Assembly: GCF_006345805.1 (NCBI RefSeq)
Contig: NC_042997.1
Location: forward strand, 62,186,001 to 62,250,000
DNA length: 64,000 bases
Reading direction: 5' to 3'
From: Octopus sinensis
Taxonomy: Eukaryota
The notes beneath the pieces are model-generated. The model was not told the DNA's origin. It did not search any database and was given only the letters and a program-made list of their open reading frames with translations. This document shows, piece by piece, positions 13,115-26,371 of this stretch (position 1 is its first letter; each line of letters opens with the position of its first letter). The position numbers and the translations under genes are program-made.

Positions 13115-13841
13115 CGATGATCAGTTGAAAAGTTAGTTCATAGGCTGACCAAGATACTCTCATGGAATGTGATTAAATGAAATTTACTTTTCAACATAGC
13201 GCCTCTTACAGTCCACACACCTCTTTCGTCGGTGTGGCAGCCCTTGGATCCCATTGGTGAAGAAGTCATTATCCTGTTGCTCAAAAAAGTTATCAACAGC
13301 AGATATGACGTCACCATCACTGCGATACTGGTTCCCAGCCAGGTAATTTTTTCATGTTAGGAAACAGATGATAGTCAGATGGGGCCAAATCAGGAGAACT
13401 GGGAGGGTGATCAACCAACTCAAAGCTAGTCACATATATAGCACCCACCTAGCAGAAACCTTCGTCATGCCAAGTTCATTGTGCAGAATATTCTCAACTC
13501 TCGTACGGGATATACTAATAGCATTAGTATATCACCGTGATGAACAAACTCAATAATTTCCATGTTGGTGGCAGTTGACTGCCCACTTTTGCAGTGTTGA
13601 CAAAGCTGAAATGTCATCTCCTAATGCAACGACCATGTCAGTATGAATGTCATTAGGGACTGAACCATTTTCCTGCAGGCACTTGATAACTCGACGAAAA
13701 GTCACTACGAGTTACTTTTGAAGTCTTCTTGAAACAGTTTACCAGGAGGGAAACAATGCAGTTAATAATAAGAAACGTTTTAATTAATACATGCAAATTT
13801 CACAGCTCTAGCATCACTCCTTCGTTGTCAGCTGACCTTCG
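13115..13841 (-). mobile_element. Internally deleted mariner (DD34D-type) element
   Basis: TA-flanked short TIRs (cgatgatcagttga / tcagctgaccttcg); NELGMTKVSARWV, HPPSSPDLAPSDY and C-terminal YVEK-like fragments. Confidence 0.8.
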
Positions 13842-13881
13842 TAGGTCGAATTACTAGGTGGATTCTTTTCTGTTTGATAAA

Positions 13882-14209
13882 GACCCCATTCGGTCAATAA
13901 TGACCATGGGATTGCACCTAGAAAGTTCGCCTCCGAGGCACAAGCCCGAGTAAGGCTGTTTTATGGAAGACCAGCAGTCACTCATGCATACCAGCGTCCC
14001 CTCTCCACGCCAACGATGTTATCTAAGGGAAAGGCCAATACACCTTGGCACTAGTGACGTCGCAACTCATTTGTACAGTTGAGTGAAATGGAGCAACATG
14101 AAAATAAAGTGTCTTGTTCAAGAACACAACACACAGCTTGGTTTGGGAATCAAACTCAGTACTTCATGATTGTGAGCCCGACGCTCACACTGAGTCATGC
14201 GCCTCCACA
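13882..14209 (-). mobile_element. tRNA-derived SINE (ggtgcaatcccatgg tail family)
   Basis: tRNA-like head, shared central domain, tail also seen at 15441-15640, 45840-45990 and 51820-51990. Confidence 0.8.
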
Positions 14210-14648
14210 CTTAAAGTAACAACACATAACAAAATCAGGGTCTATTTCTTACCGGAACTTAATATACAACCAATTGTAAAAGTGAGCGGTATAAATATAC
14301 CATACATCACAGAAGACACATACTTGGATTCACATATAACTCGTCCGCAATGTTCAATAGAAACAGAGTAAACATAACAGAGTAAGCAAAAGAACGCATG
14401 AATATACTTAATTACAATTTCTTTTATCTTTTCCTTGGTTCAATCATAAGACTGCAGCCATGCTGGGTACTGCCTTGAAGAATATTTAGTCGAATGAATC
14501 GACCCAGTACTTACCTTTTTAAGGCTGATACTTATTCCATCGGTCTCCTTTGCCGCTAAGTTACGGGGACACAAACACACCAACACTGGTTGTCAAGCAG
14601 TGGTGGAGGTCAGACAGACACAAAGACACACACACATAGGTATATATG

Positions 14649-14723
<75 letters not shown>

Positions 14724-14728
<5 letters not shown>

Positions 14729-15033
14729 TACGACGACTAGGGTCCCAGCTGATACGATCAACGGAACAGCCCGCTCGTGAAATTAACGTGCAAGTGACTG
14801 ACCAATCCACAGACGCGCGTACCCCAAACGTTGGTTTTCAGGGAGATTCAGCGTGACACAGAGTGTGGCAAGGCCCGCCCTTTGAAATACAGGTACAACT
14901 CATTTTTCCAGGTGAGTGGACTGGAGCAACGTGAAATAAAGTGTCTTGCCCAAGGACACAACGCGCCGCCGGGAATCGAACTCACGACCTTACAATCGTG
15001 AGCCGAATGCCCTAACCACTAAGCCACGCGCCT
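14724..15033 (-). mobile_element. tRNA-derived SINE
   Basis: A box TGGCTTAGTGG, B box GAGTTCGATTCC, tail gtcgtcgtaaccga; flanked by (TA)n. Confidence 0.85.
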
Positions 15034-15054
15034 TATATATATATATATATATAT

Positions 15055-15093
<39 letters not shown>

Positions 15094-15102
15094 TGTGTGT
15101 GT

Positions 15103-15143
<41 letters not shown>

Positions 15144-15147
<4 letters not shown>

Positions 15148-15640
15148 AAGCACAATGGCCCAGTGGTTAGGGCAGCGGATCGCGGTTTCGATTCCCAGAC
15201 CGGGCATTGTGAGTGTCTATTGAGCAAAACCATCTAAAGCCCCACGAGGCTCCGGCAGGGGGTTGTGGTGAACCCTGCTGTACTCTTTCACCACAACTTT
15301 CTTTCACTCTTACTTCTTGTTTCTATTGTACCTGTATTTCAAAGGACCGGCCTTGTCACACTCTGTGTCACGCTGAATCTCCCCGAGAACTATGTTAAAG
15401 GTACATGTATCTGTGAAATGCTCGGCCACTTGCACGTTAATAAATGAGCTGCGACGTCAATGGTGCCAAGCTGTATCGGCCTTTGCCTTTCCCTTGGATA
15501 ACATCGGTGGCGTGGAGAGGGGAGGTTGGTATGCATGGGCAACTGCTGCTCTTCCATAAACAATCTTGCCCAGACTTGTGCCTCGGAGGGCAACTTTCTA
15601 GGTGCAATCCCATGGTTATTCATGACCGAAGGAGGTCACA
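15144..15640 (+). mobile_element. Chimeric SINE: head/body of one family joined to the tail of another
   Basis: 15144-15440 matches 9791-10170; 15441-15640 matches the tail of 13882-14209. Confidence 0.75.
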
Positions 15641-17037
15641 ACACAATATACTATATATATATATAGTTTCCGCCCACCAAATCCACTCACAAGGCTTTGG
15701 TCAGCCCGAGTCTATAGTAGAAGACACTTGCGCAAGGTGTCACGCAGTGGGATTGAACCTGGAACCATCTGGTTAGGAACAAGCTTCTTACCACACAACC
15801 ACTGATGCTTCCCTGTCATTGCGTCTATTCTTTGACCTGTTCAGCATGGAATCTCGACTAAAAACTTGCTCTCCAGTAGACAGTTCTCAGGGTCATTGAA
15901 ACACACAATCTACCATACTGCAACATGGACTTGATCTTGTGGTGCATAAACCGTACAGCAATCATATCTATCGCATCTGGCCAACATAAAGAAACAACAG
16001 TTCACGACATCATTCAGAAATTACGCAAGCATTATCTAAACCCTAATATCTCCATAACACATTACTATAAACTACAAAGGACATAAAACTATACAATACA
16101 CATCAACCTAGGTTTTATACAGACCACGCCAAAAGGAAATGTAATGTAAATAACAGTATGGAAACCTATCCAGATATGTGGGTGGCACAGTTTGATGCTT
16201 AGCAAATTTCAACCTTCACTCTCATTGTCTTTGTATAGAAATATCACCTTGTATCACTTGATACACAGGTCCACAGAATACCACTGCAATAGAATATTGT
16301 AAGCAATATATCTCCAATTCATTTCAGACCAACACATGCAATCGTTGCAGCACCAATAGCCTCAACATTATGCGATCCCCAAACTACGTGCTGGGATGCG
16401 TAGCACCAATGATAAACGTGGAAGAACACACACTGTTGTGGTATCATCAAACATGATCATACTACATGATCAGACAACATGATCTGACATCATGATCGCG
16501 GTGTCATACAACATGACCAAAGTGTCACACTACACTACATGCGAATAACCAATGCGAGTTGCAAATTATAATATAGTTCACAGCTAGGCTGTAATATGGT
16601 ACGACTGGAAAAATAGATTTGTGAACGTGTTAAGTAGCTCACCCGGACTACTGCAGAAGTTGCTGCAGGCAGCAGCTACATCAATCAATGAATTTTGGGC
16701 TTTGCACAGGCTGAGTGCTGGCAAACACTTGACAACAATAATATAAGGGAATGTATATGAAACTCCAAAATACGTGTCTTGAGTGGAGGAGACCAGATTT
16801 AGACCAGGAGTTAATAAAATCTTTTATCTTATACTTATTGCAGTCATACGACCCATACTAGGGCCTTACCTTTAAGGGTTTAGTCAAACAAATCGACCTC
16901 GGTGTTTCTTTTTAAAGTTTGGTACTTATTTTATCAGTTCTTCTGGCCAAACAACTAAGTTACGGGGACGTAAAGAGAGCAACACCAATTGTCAAGCGGT
17001 AGGGAACAAGCACAAAGACACACACAAAAAAACACTC

Positions 17038-17385
17038 ACCCATATGGTTCCGGGTTCAGTTCTACTGCTTGGAACCTTGAACAAAATGCCTTCTACTATA
17101 TCCTCTTGCCGACCAATGCCTTGTGAGTAGATCTAGTAGACGGAAACTGAAAGAAGCCCATCGTATATGTGGGTATATGTGCGCGTGCGCGCTTGTATTT
17201 GCATATGTATTTACCCTACCACTGCTTGACAGTCGGTGGTGGTTTGTATATTACTCCGAAACTTAGCGTTTCGGCAAAATGAACCGATAGGCTTTAAAAA
17301 TAGTACGTCGATTCGTTCGAATAAGAATCTTCAAGGCGGTGACTCAGCATGGCCGCATTCCAGTGACAGAAACAAATAAAAGATA
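17038..17385 (+). mobile_element. Bipartite SINE (ggttccgggttcag head, internal microsatellite, cttgacaaccg tail)
   Basis: Matches the full copy at 49778-50188; fragments also near 110-230, 3.8-4.0, 14.4-14.6, 15.66-15.80, 43.3-43.5 and 44.3-44.6 kb. Confidence 0.7.
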
Positions 17386-17925
17386 AAAGTTAAATAAAAA
17401 AAGATAAATAAAGACAAAAAGCAAAAAATCCAACGGGGCCAGGATGTGGTGGTGACTACACCAGCCTATTTGGATTGGTTATCGTTGACTAATGGTATGT
17501 CTTAGATAGTAGTTGCTCCCCTGGAGCGAAAATATTGTTAGAAACAACATTTTGAATATCCACGTGGTACCAGAAACTAATTCAGAGGCAATTTAGGAGA
17601 CAGAATTGAGGTGAATAAAGAGACAATGTTCGATGAAAGTCCCGCACTTATATATGCCCTGTGTAGCTAGGTCATCTTAGGAATAAACTTTAGTTAGAGA
17701 CTTTGCTGAACAGGTCCAGAACTGTAACGTAAAAAGTAATAAATAAATAAAAATATAATTAAATTGAAATATCGAATAACACATCGCATACCATTCATTC
17801 TTTTCTTATACTTTTCGTGGAAAAACTTGAACAAAAAAGATTCAAGAAAATAAAGAGTAGTTGATATCGTGACTCATACAAGATATACTTCAACTACATT
17901 CTATACAACCGCCTAAGTTGCATTA

Positions 17926-17926
<1 letters not shown>

Positions 17927-18024
<98 letters not shown>
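17927..18024. repeat. (CTAT)n microsatellite
   Basis: Direct run. Confidence 0.95.
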
Positions 18025-18360
18025 ACACATGCGCACGCCTACACACGTAAAGGGTAGTGTAAAAATGTAGTTTTGCAACAATAATGTTCCAGTGTTCCGA
18101 TGAGCAAGCATTAGTTATTTGCTTTATGTTGTGAATATAAAATTATATTGTATCACACCGCGCATGCATATTGATGTAAGCATTTAAGTATAATTCAGCA
18201 TATCGAAATTAATACCATATAAAGAAGAGTACGAAACGGTCAGGAATTCACCCCTTCTATCTCTTGACTTTATGATCTATCTATCTGTTTATCTATCCAT
18301 GCAAACACGCATGCATATATACACGCTCTCGCGTTCGCGCACGTATGTACAGATAACTAA

Positions 18361-18490
18361 TATTATTCTGTAACAAGAATACATTGTTAATGACTTCGAA
18401 GTTTCAGCTAGCTAAGCCATCATCTGATGATGGCTTAGCTAGCCGAAACTTCGAAGTCAGTGTCATTACTATTCTTGTTAAAGAATAATA
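18361..18490. repeat. 130-bp fold-back palindrome centred on 18425
   Basis: 34-bp inner arms with 1 mismatch, short asymmetric segment, 21-bp outer arms with 1 mismatch. Confidence 0.9.
18424..18458 (+). ncRNA. Minimal hammerhead ribozyme motif with stem I disrupted
   Basis: CUGAUGA-U-GGCU(UAGCU)AGCC-GAAA-CUUCGAAG-UC; ACUUCGAAGU is self-complementary; GUC triplet. Confidence 0.65.
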
Positions 18491-18591
18491 AATTCGTACT
18501 CTTTAAAAGTAAGGAGTAATCCTCAAGATTTATGTAGATTCGTTTTTATTATAACTGACCATAAATGCAAAATTAATACACACGCACACAC

Positions 18592-18675
<84 letters not shown>

Positions 18676-18692
18676 TTATATATGTGTGTATA

Positions 18693-18908
18693 TACGAGAG
18701 GGAGGAGTGCTGAAAAGTTTTTGGCTTAGGGTAAAAGAAAATACGGGAGGATCAGTTAATTATGATTTCGTTCAACATATTTCCCTCTTAGATTCACACA
18801 CTCACTGCGGCAGTCCTTCTGCCCTATATAAGAACTTGGAAAGTTGAGCCTCCAGCGAGGCTTTTCGCGACACCCTTAAAGCCAGGAAGTTTCAGCATCA
18901 GCACCACT
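18693..18908. mobile_element. Mariner-derived MITE
   Basis: Imperfect TIRs (gtgctgaaaagtttttggcttagggt / acccttaaagccaggaagtttcagca), TA flanks, antisense remnant of the transposase C-terminus. Confidence 0.6.
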
Positions 18909-19095
18909 CATGTATCTACGTATGTATGCACGTATGTATGCACGTATGTATGTATGTATGTATGTATGTATGTATGTATGTATGTATGTATGTATGTATG
19001 TATGTATGTATGTATGTATGTATGTATGTATGTGTATGTATGTATTTGTATGTATGTATATAAATATATATACATATACATATATACATAGATAT

Positions 19096-19130
19096 GTTTC
19101 CGACGAAGGGCTCCGCTCGAAACGTCATAC
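19096..19130 (+). ncRNA. Degenerate minimal hammerhead-like motif
   Basis: C(C)GACGA-A-GGGC(UCC)GCUC-GAAA-CG-UC; U4 changed to C; stem III reduced to the ACGU palindrome; stem I 3 of 4 bp. Confidence 0.45.
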
Positions 19131-19222
19131 CCTCCTTCATCCCTTCTTTCCTCAGCGCCCAATAATACTTTATTTGTTCCACATCTTCGCGTTGTTGTCT
19201 TTTTGTTTTCTTGTTTGGATTA

Positions 19223-19300
<78 letters not shown>

Positions 19301-21920
19301 GTATATGTAATGTAACTCGATCAGCAGGAACAAAAGTCACTGAAATTTTAAGTTTTATCAAGGATGGGTATGTTTTAACCACACTTGAATCATCGTTCGG
19401 CCATTTTGATTGAAGACATGCAACGGCAAACAATATGGTGGACGGAACGTGCTAATCTTCCGTATAGTCAGCACAAATATCTTACTTTGACATAATGTTA
19501 TTTCTAGCATGTCTAGAGACCTTCTAGGCTTAACTTCATGTACTGGTTGAAAATTATCTAAAACATTTCTGGGGATACAATCGACTAAAAATTCCTCAAG
19601 GTGGTGCCCCAGCATGGCCGCACTCTAACGACAGCAACAAGTAAAAAGGAAAAGAAAAATGAATTATATCACATAAGTGGTTTTTGATCAAGCTTAAAAA
19701 AATTCTGGGTTCCATACAGCCAGCTAAAAATTCTTCAAGGAGGTGCCCCAGCTTGGTCGACGGCAGTCTAATAACTGCAACAAGTAAAGGAAAATTCGGG
19801 GGTCGATACATTCAACTAAAAATTCTAAAAACGAAAAAATAGCCGAAAAATATAAGCGTGGCATTTTTGTCCAAGGAGGTTTTTGTCCGAGGGGCTTTTG
19901 TCTTAAGGGGCTTTTGGCCGGACCCCATTGAACTCTATAATAGATATACAGATCGTAGTTTGAAAACGAACTAGTTTGAGTAGGAAGCGAAACCGCGTTG
20001 CAATGTTAATTTGTGGAGATGTATTTCTTGTTCAACAACAAATGCTGAATATATATTAACCCTGCTGAACAACACCAAACACCTCCTTGTATGTCCTCAC
20101 ACCATCTCTCCAAACAAAATCGAGTGCTATTTTCTAATAATCTCATATATCAGAACAATAAAGGCAGAGAAAAAAAAACCCCAGTAGAACTAATAAATGT
20201 TGATAAAAACAACATGTATAGGTCGGAGCAACTGGTAAATATATTTCAGAAAAGATCACAGGGTTGAGTAACACATTGGCTGGCTGGAGTTCACTTGCCG
20301 AAGTCGAAATGTCACGTTGTTGGTAAGGTGACATGATAATTTCTGTGCTTTCATAGAACAACACACACGTTCACACCCGCACGCACGATCACACACACAC
20401 ACACGCTACTTCTGTATATATTCCTATACATACGAATATTCGCACACACCCATCCCCATACACAGCCAAACACACACATACGCACACACTGAATAGTGTG
20501 TGGCTTGGCTCTACTCGTTCTAATTACTTAGAAGTGGAAAATGTCAGTTCGGTGGCTCACTTAGTGATATAAAGATAGTTAGCATTTGTTTTCCTGCTAC
20601 TTTTTCTTCTTTTTTTAATCTTTAAACGATTTAAATACAAGCTTAGTCACAATGATCAAATGGATGAGAAAATTTTCAGTTTATGAGATTTAAGTTCGTA
20701 CTCTGAGAACGACGTTGTTCAACGGATCTTTTGTAATGTACATTTGCCCTTGTCTGTTTGAAAGCCGACTGAAAAAAAAAAAGAAGACTAGTACAGTACG
20801 TGCTGGATATATGTAACAACACATGCAGGCTCGTTTGAATAATAATTCTAATAATAATTCTAAGATGTTTGTATCATCTGGGGATTGAAATGATGTTATT
20901 AGTAATAAAAAGATTGAAAATTTTACTTTTTCATTTGCAATCTTGTTTTTATTGCACTTATTGAGAATGCTGCTTGTTAGGGTTATTGCTATTGTAAGCT
21001 GAATTCCAGAAAAACATGTCAGATATTTCACTATGGAAGTTAGCAAATCTATATATAACAAACAAAGGAACCTCTACGTGGGTATTTAACCCGCTTGAAA
21101 TAGCAGATAAATTTCCACCAGCTCACATCCGGTAGTCTTAAAAAGGAGGGATACACTAAATAATGTGTTAATATAAAAGTATAAAGATTTTGATTTACAA
21201 ATATATATATTTGATTATGTCAAGTCGAAGCGGGAATAGAAATAGAGATACTGTTTCAGTTCGCTGTTGCAGTGAATTCTCTAAATCATTTCTGTAACCG
21301 ATAGCTTTCAAAGAGTTTATCACCAAATAACGCTTCCTCAAATACTTAAATTTGGAACATTATGTTCAATCAAAAGTGACAATTAGATTGTTTCAATGTT
21401 TCCGAAAAGATGCATCCATTGCATAACACACAAGGGCTACCACACATTGTCTTCTCTCGGTTGCTAGATAGATTTGATTCTCACTGTAAAATTAAATGAA
21501 ACAACCCTGTACTATAGTGTACTCCTCACGCTAAATCCAGTCGAAACGTAAACGGAAATATGATATTCACTTATAACTCATTTGACCTGATTATTTAGAG
21601 GCAAGTGCCTTTACCTTGTCTGTAGCAGTGAAATGTCACACGAACCATTCAATCAGTTTCACTGGTAGTGTATTGGTACCATATAACGCTTGTCATACAG
21701 ACTGAAATGAAAACATTTTATATGTTATCAGCAATTAGCATACATACATACACAAATACATACGTATAAGATTAATCAGCCGAAATTGCGAAGATGATCC
21801 CATTCTTGACTGAAGATTGAAGGCTTCGAATGTCCCGTCCGTGTTTTTTGTATCGTCTTCTAAATATTTCACGTTCTTGTCCCAGTTTGTATTTTTTTAC
21901 ATTTACATATACATATACAT

Positions 21921-21986
<66 letters not shown>

Positions 21987-22722
21987 ATGTGTGTGTGTGT
22001 GTACATATGTATGTATGTGTGTATGTATGTGTGTATGTATGTGTGTATGTATGTGTGAGTGTGAGTGTGTATATGCGCGCGCGCGAGTAGCGAACAGATA
22101 CCAAATTTTTAAGTCATGATTAAAAACTGACTCTACAATTTCTTACAAGTCCTCAGCCTATTTTTCTAGCCTGTTACACTAGGAGATGTATGAAAATAAA
22201 CTGACTTCTTGATCTTTCACGAGTCAGACATGGGTCAAAACTGATATGGAGAAGAAATCCTTGACCTAATTTAGTTGCGAAAAATATAAATACGCAAAGC
22301 CAAATTGCTTTCTTTCTCTTTGCGTCGACCGGTCTTTGATCAGAGGAGAATCTCTCTTACTATGCTGACCAATGCGCGAAAACAAATCTATCACTTTCTT
22401 TACTTTACTAGACATACTCTTTCTATCTCTTTAGTAGTCACAAATGAATTTACTATCTGCACAGTTGACTACAAAAAAACTGTGTGCACTAACAACTCAA
22501 AGAAAGTTGTCTTCTATATTGCAATTGACCATAGTTATCGTATAGATAAAATAGCCTTCTCAATAAGCAACTAATTTTGTTCATTTCATTTATTTGGTGC
22601 ATTTATCCGCAATACATGACCGTTACAAATTGGCGGCTCCGTCGTCACGTATGTATTCATACTTATATTCATACATACACGTACATATATGCTTATATAT
22701 ATGTATGAATGCATAAACACAC

Positions 22723-22807
<85 letters not shown>

Positions 22808-22815
<8 letters not shown>

Positions 22816-23222
22816 ATATTTCGGAATGGTCATTTTGCCAGTTTAGCCAATAAAAACACACGCACTATATATTTGGTGTTATTTTGCTTCAGTGCTATTT
22901 ATTTTTTACATTAATCTTAATCTTATTTCGGCCAGAGTTCTTTCGTCACACTCCTGTGACCGCATCAATGGTCCTTTGTTTTCTTCTCACTTATTTGTGT
23001 CTCTCCTTACTAACCGTTAGTAAGGAGAGACACAAATAAGTGAGAAGAAAACAAAGGACCACTGATGCGGTCACAGGAGTGTGACGAAAGAACTCTGGCC
23101 GAAATAAGATTAAGATTAATGTAAAAAATAAATAACACTGAAGCAAAATAACACCAAATATATAGTGCGTGTGTTTTTATTGGCTAAACTGGCAAAATGA
23201 CCATTCCGAAATATAACAATAT
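22808..23222. repeat. 415-bp fold-back palindrome of a PLE-type terminal repeat
   Basis: 207-bp arms, 1-nt spacer at 23015, about 2 mismatches; hammerhead-like motif at 23056-23100. Confidence 0.95.
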
Positions 23223-23302
23223 CTGTTTCAACACACGACTTCATATAAAAAATCTTGCACAACAAATATTTAAACATATATATATATATATATATATATA
23301 TA

Positions 23303-24930
23303 CAGTTGCGGCCAAAATGTTCAGAACGGCATTGTTTTCGTCAGAAAAGTAGGTATAAGTTTTTATCAAAGTTGTTTTATATTCTATAATTTTCACAAAC
23401 AATAAATACGATATTTTTGTTATTGTCTGAGATTTTGGTGTAATTCGAGAGGATAATACAAAAGTTATGGATGATTTAGTGATTTACTGCAAAACCCATG
23501 GCGGCCAAAATGATCAGAACGGTTGCTTTTACTCCATGGTTTAGTATATTTAACTGTCGAACTCTAATGTTTTGAATTTGTTTACGTGACAGTTCGTTTA
23601 CTAAACATTAGTAAGAATATCTGCAGTGTACTTTGTTAATATAATGCCACTTACTCCGTTACCAATTCGTCAGCAGATTATTAAGCTTCGAAAGAAAGAT
23701 AATTTAAGTATTAGGTTTATTGCAAAGATTGTTAACAAGTCAAAAGTGTTGTTCACGGTATTCTTAAGGTCTACGATGATTGTGGTTCGTGTGAAGCAAG
23801 AAAGTCTACAGGAAGGCCAAGAAAAACGACCAAGAGAAAAGATCGTGCTATGGTAAAGTTGGTTAAAAAGGACAGATTTAAAACTGCTGCTGCTGTTTTT
23901 CGGGAAATGAGCATTGTACTGAAGAAAACTTTATCTCGAAAAACTGTGTCTCGTCCTTTAGTTGAACATGACCTACAAGCAAGAGCACCTGTAGTGAAGC
24001 CACTGATCAGCTCCAAGAATAAAAAGTGTCGTCTTACCTTTGCAACCGAACATGTGTTGTGGTCTCAAGAAAAATGGCAAACGGTGCATTTCAGTGATGA
24101 ATCTAAGTCTATGTTACTTGGCTCAGATGGGAAAAGGTACGTTCGTCGAAATGCAGGTGAACAATTGTCACCTAAATGCCTTAAGACTAGTGTTAAATTC
24201 GGTGGAGGAAGTGTCATGGTTTGGGGGATGATATCTGGAGATGTTGTGGGTCCTTTGCTGCGATTACATGGAAAGGTAAATGCAGGAGTTTATAAACAAC
24301 TTGTAAAAGATCATGTCTTGCCTGTGCTGAGAAATTCAATTAAGCGACCACCCATATTCATGCAGGACAATGCCCCATGTCACAAGGCTAAGGTGGTCAT
24401 TAACTTCCCCAAGGCTGAAAAGGTTATTGTTATGGATTGGCATGCTCAAAGCCCAGACCTCAATCCTATTGAAAATGTGTGGAATATTCTAGGAGAACGT
24501 TTGAAAGCCAGAAATCCTAAAACAACCGAGCAATTATGGAATGCCCTTCAGGAAAAATGGAATAAGATCACCCAGCAAGAAATTGAAAATTTAATTTCCC
24601 CACGCAGTCGAAAATGTCAAACTTTGATTGAAACTAAAGGGCTTAACACTAAATATGAAATAATTCCAGCATTCTCTGTCACTCTTTGATTATTTTGTTA
24701 TTTTTTCTACCGTTCTGATCATTTTGGCCACCATGGGTTTTGCAGTAAATCACTATATCATCCATAACTTCTGTATTATCAACTCAAATTATACCAAAAT
24801 CTCAGATAATACCAATTAATATCGTATTTATTGTCTGTGAAAAGTATAGAATATGAAACAACTTTGATAAAAACTTATACCTACTTTTTTGGCAAAAACA
24901 ATGCCGTTCTGAACATTTTGACCGCAATTG
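23303..24930 (+). mobile_element. Nearly intact Tc1 element (DD34E) with IR/DR termini
   Basis: TA on both sides; roughly 223-bp TIRs; outer 36 bp with 2 mismatches; inner direct repeat ggccaaaatgatcagaac near 23503 and mirrored near 24710-24730. Confidence 0.95.
23644..24689 (+). pseudogene. Tc1 transposase with one apparent frameshift near 23740
   Basis: ATG at 23644; paired-like HTH; GRPRKT in the shifted frame; FSDESK, QDNAP, SPDLNPIE with 34 residues between the second D and E. Confidence 0.92.
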
Positions 24931-26371
24931 TATATATATACATACCTACATGTATGTATATAGTGATCCTGGGTTTCAAAGTAAAAAATAAAAAAGATTC
25001 TGGAATACTGGAATATAGAAGCGAAATTGTTGGTTCAACAATATGTGAAATTTGCTAGTTATAATACGAAAGTATGAGTTTCAAGTTAAAAAAGGAAAAC
25101 ATTTCGACCTTTGCAGACTGCGTAAACTGTCTTAACCCGGGTCAGAGCATTTCAGAAATAACTTATATGGCTGCTCCGTTCAAATCATAAATTCATTTGT
25201 TATTTTTGGGAGTTACCTCCCTTATCAACTTCTGAGCGTTTGCGATACACAAACATATACATAGGCGTTCACATACATACATACTGGATTAGAGAGAGGA
25301 GAGAGACCGTGAGCGCAAGAGTGGGAGGAGAGAAAAGATGACATAGCTGGCAACGAGGATGAAATGAAATGGAAGAGAATAGGAGGTGAATACCAAATTT
25401 ATATAAAAAATATAAACTTACAAAATCTATGTTTAGCTTAAAGTTAATTGGGTAAAATGTCTACAAATAAGAAAATTAACCCTTAGCAAAGGAAGTGTTT
25501 CCTGTGTCTAATTATGAATTTTCTTTCGTGTGCGCAGGGTTTAAAAACCTTTGGTTTCCGCAAGGTCTTTACAATTAAGCACTTTTGTCCTGTGAAGGAC
25601 TTGGGTCTCTTGGTAGCATTCCTATAAGGTTTCGATGTTTCGGCGCTCTCTCACCCTGATATTAAATGCTGTACCTTTTTCTTTTAATCTTTATATATAT
25701 ATAACTGAGAATGTGTGTCTCTCTGTCTGTCTGTCTGTGTGTTTCCCTAAAACTTGAGAACTACACAACCAATTTCATTCAAATTTTACACATGCCTTAC
25801 TTAGGGTCCGGGGAGTGTTATCGACAAAAACATTTTTAGCTTTTTGCCTAGGGCGAGCCCACAGCAATATCATATCTTCTCCACTCTGATTCCCTAAAAC
25901 TTGAGAACTACACAATCAATTCCATTCAAATTTTACACATGCCTTACTTAGGGTCCATGTAGTTTCATGGGCAAAAAAATGTTCAACTTCTTGCCTAGAG
26001 CGAGCCCATAGCAATATTATATCTTCTCCACTATTTCAGTATTATGTGTTAAAAGTGAAACAAAAACGTTTCTCTATTTTATGTCAGATACTTTCACTTT
26101 AACAATAAAAATAATAATAACAATTGAATTATATGTAGTAAGTAATAATTAAAATCAAACTAAAGTAACATAACAAAAGTAAAAATAGCAATTGGTATAA
26201 AATTGCATCAATGATTTGAACTTGAATAAGTGGTTTCACATGAATGGGAATAAATTAAAAATAAAATTAGCGTGCAGAAATGGAATAGTCCAAATGGATA
26301 GTAAAAAATTAAATTAAAGAAAAGACTATTGTCTATAAAGTATACAATGTAGAGAAAAAAGAAGATTTTCA

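Noticed and set aside
16452-16518. Repeat-spacer pattern as a CRISPR array
   Set aside because: 7-bp repeats and 6-bp spacers are far too short; eukaryotic context; no cas genes
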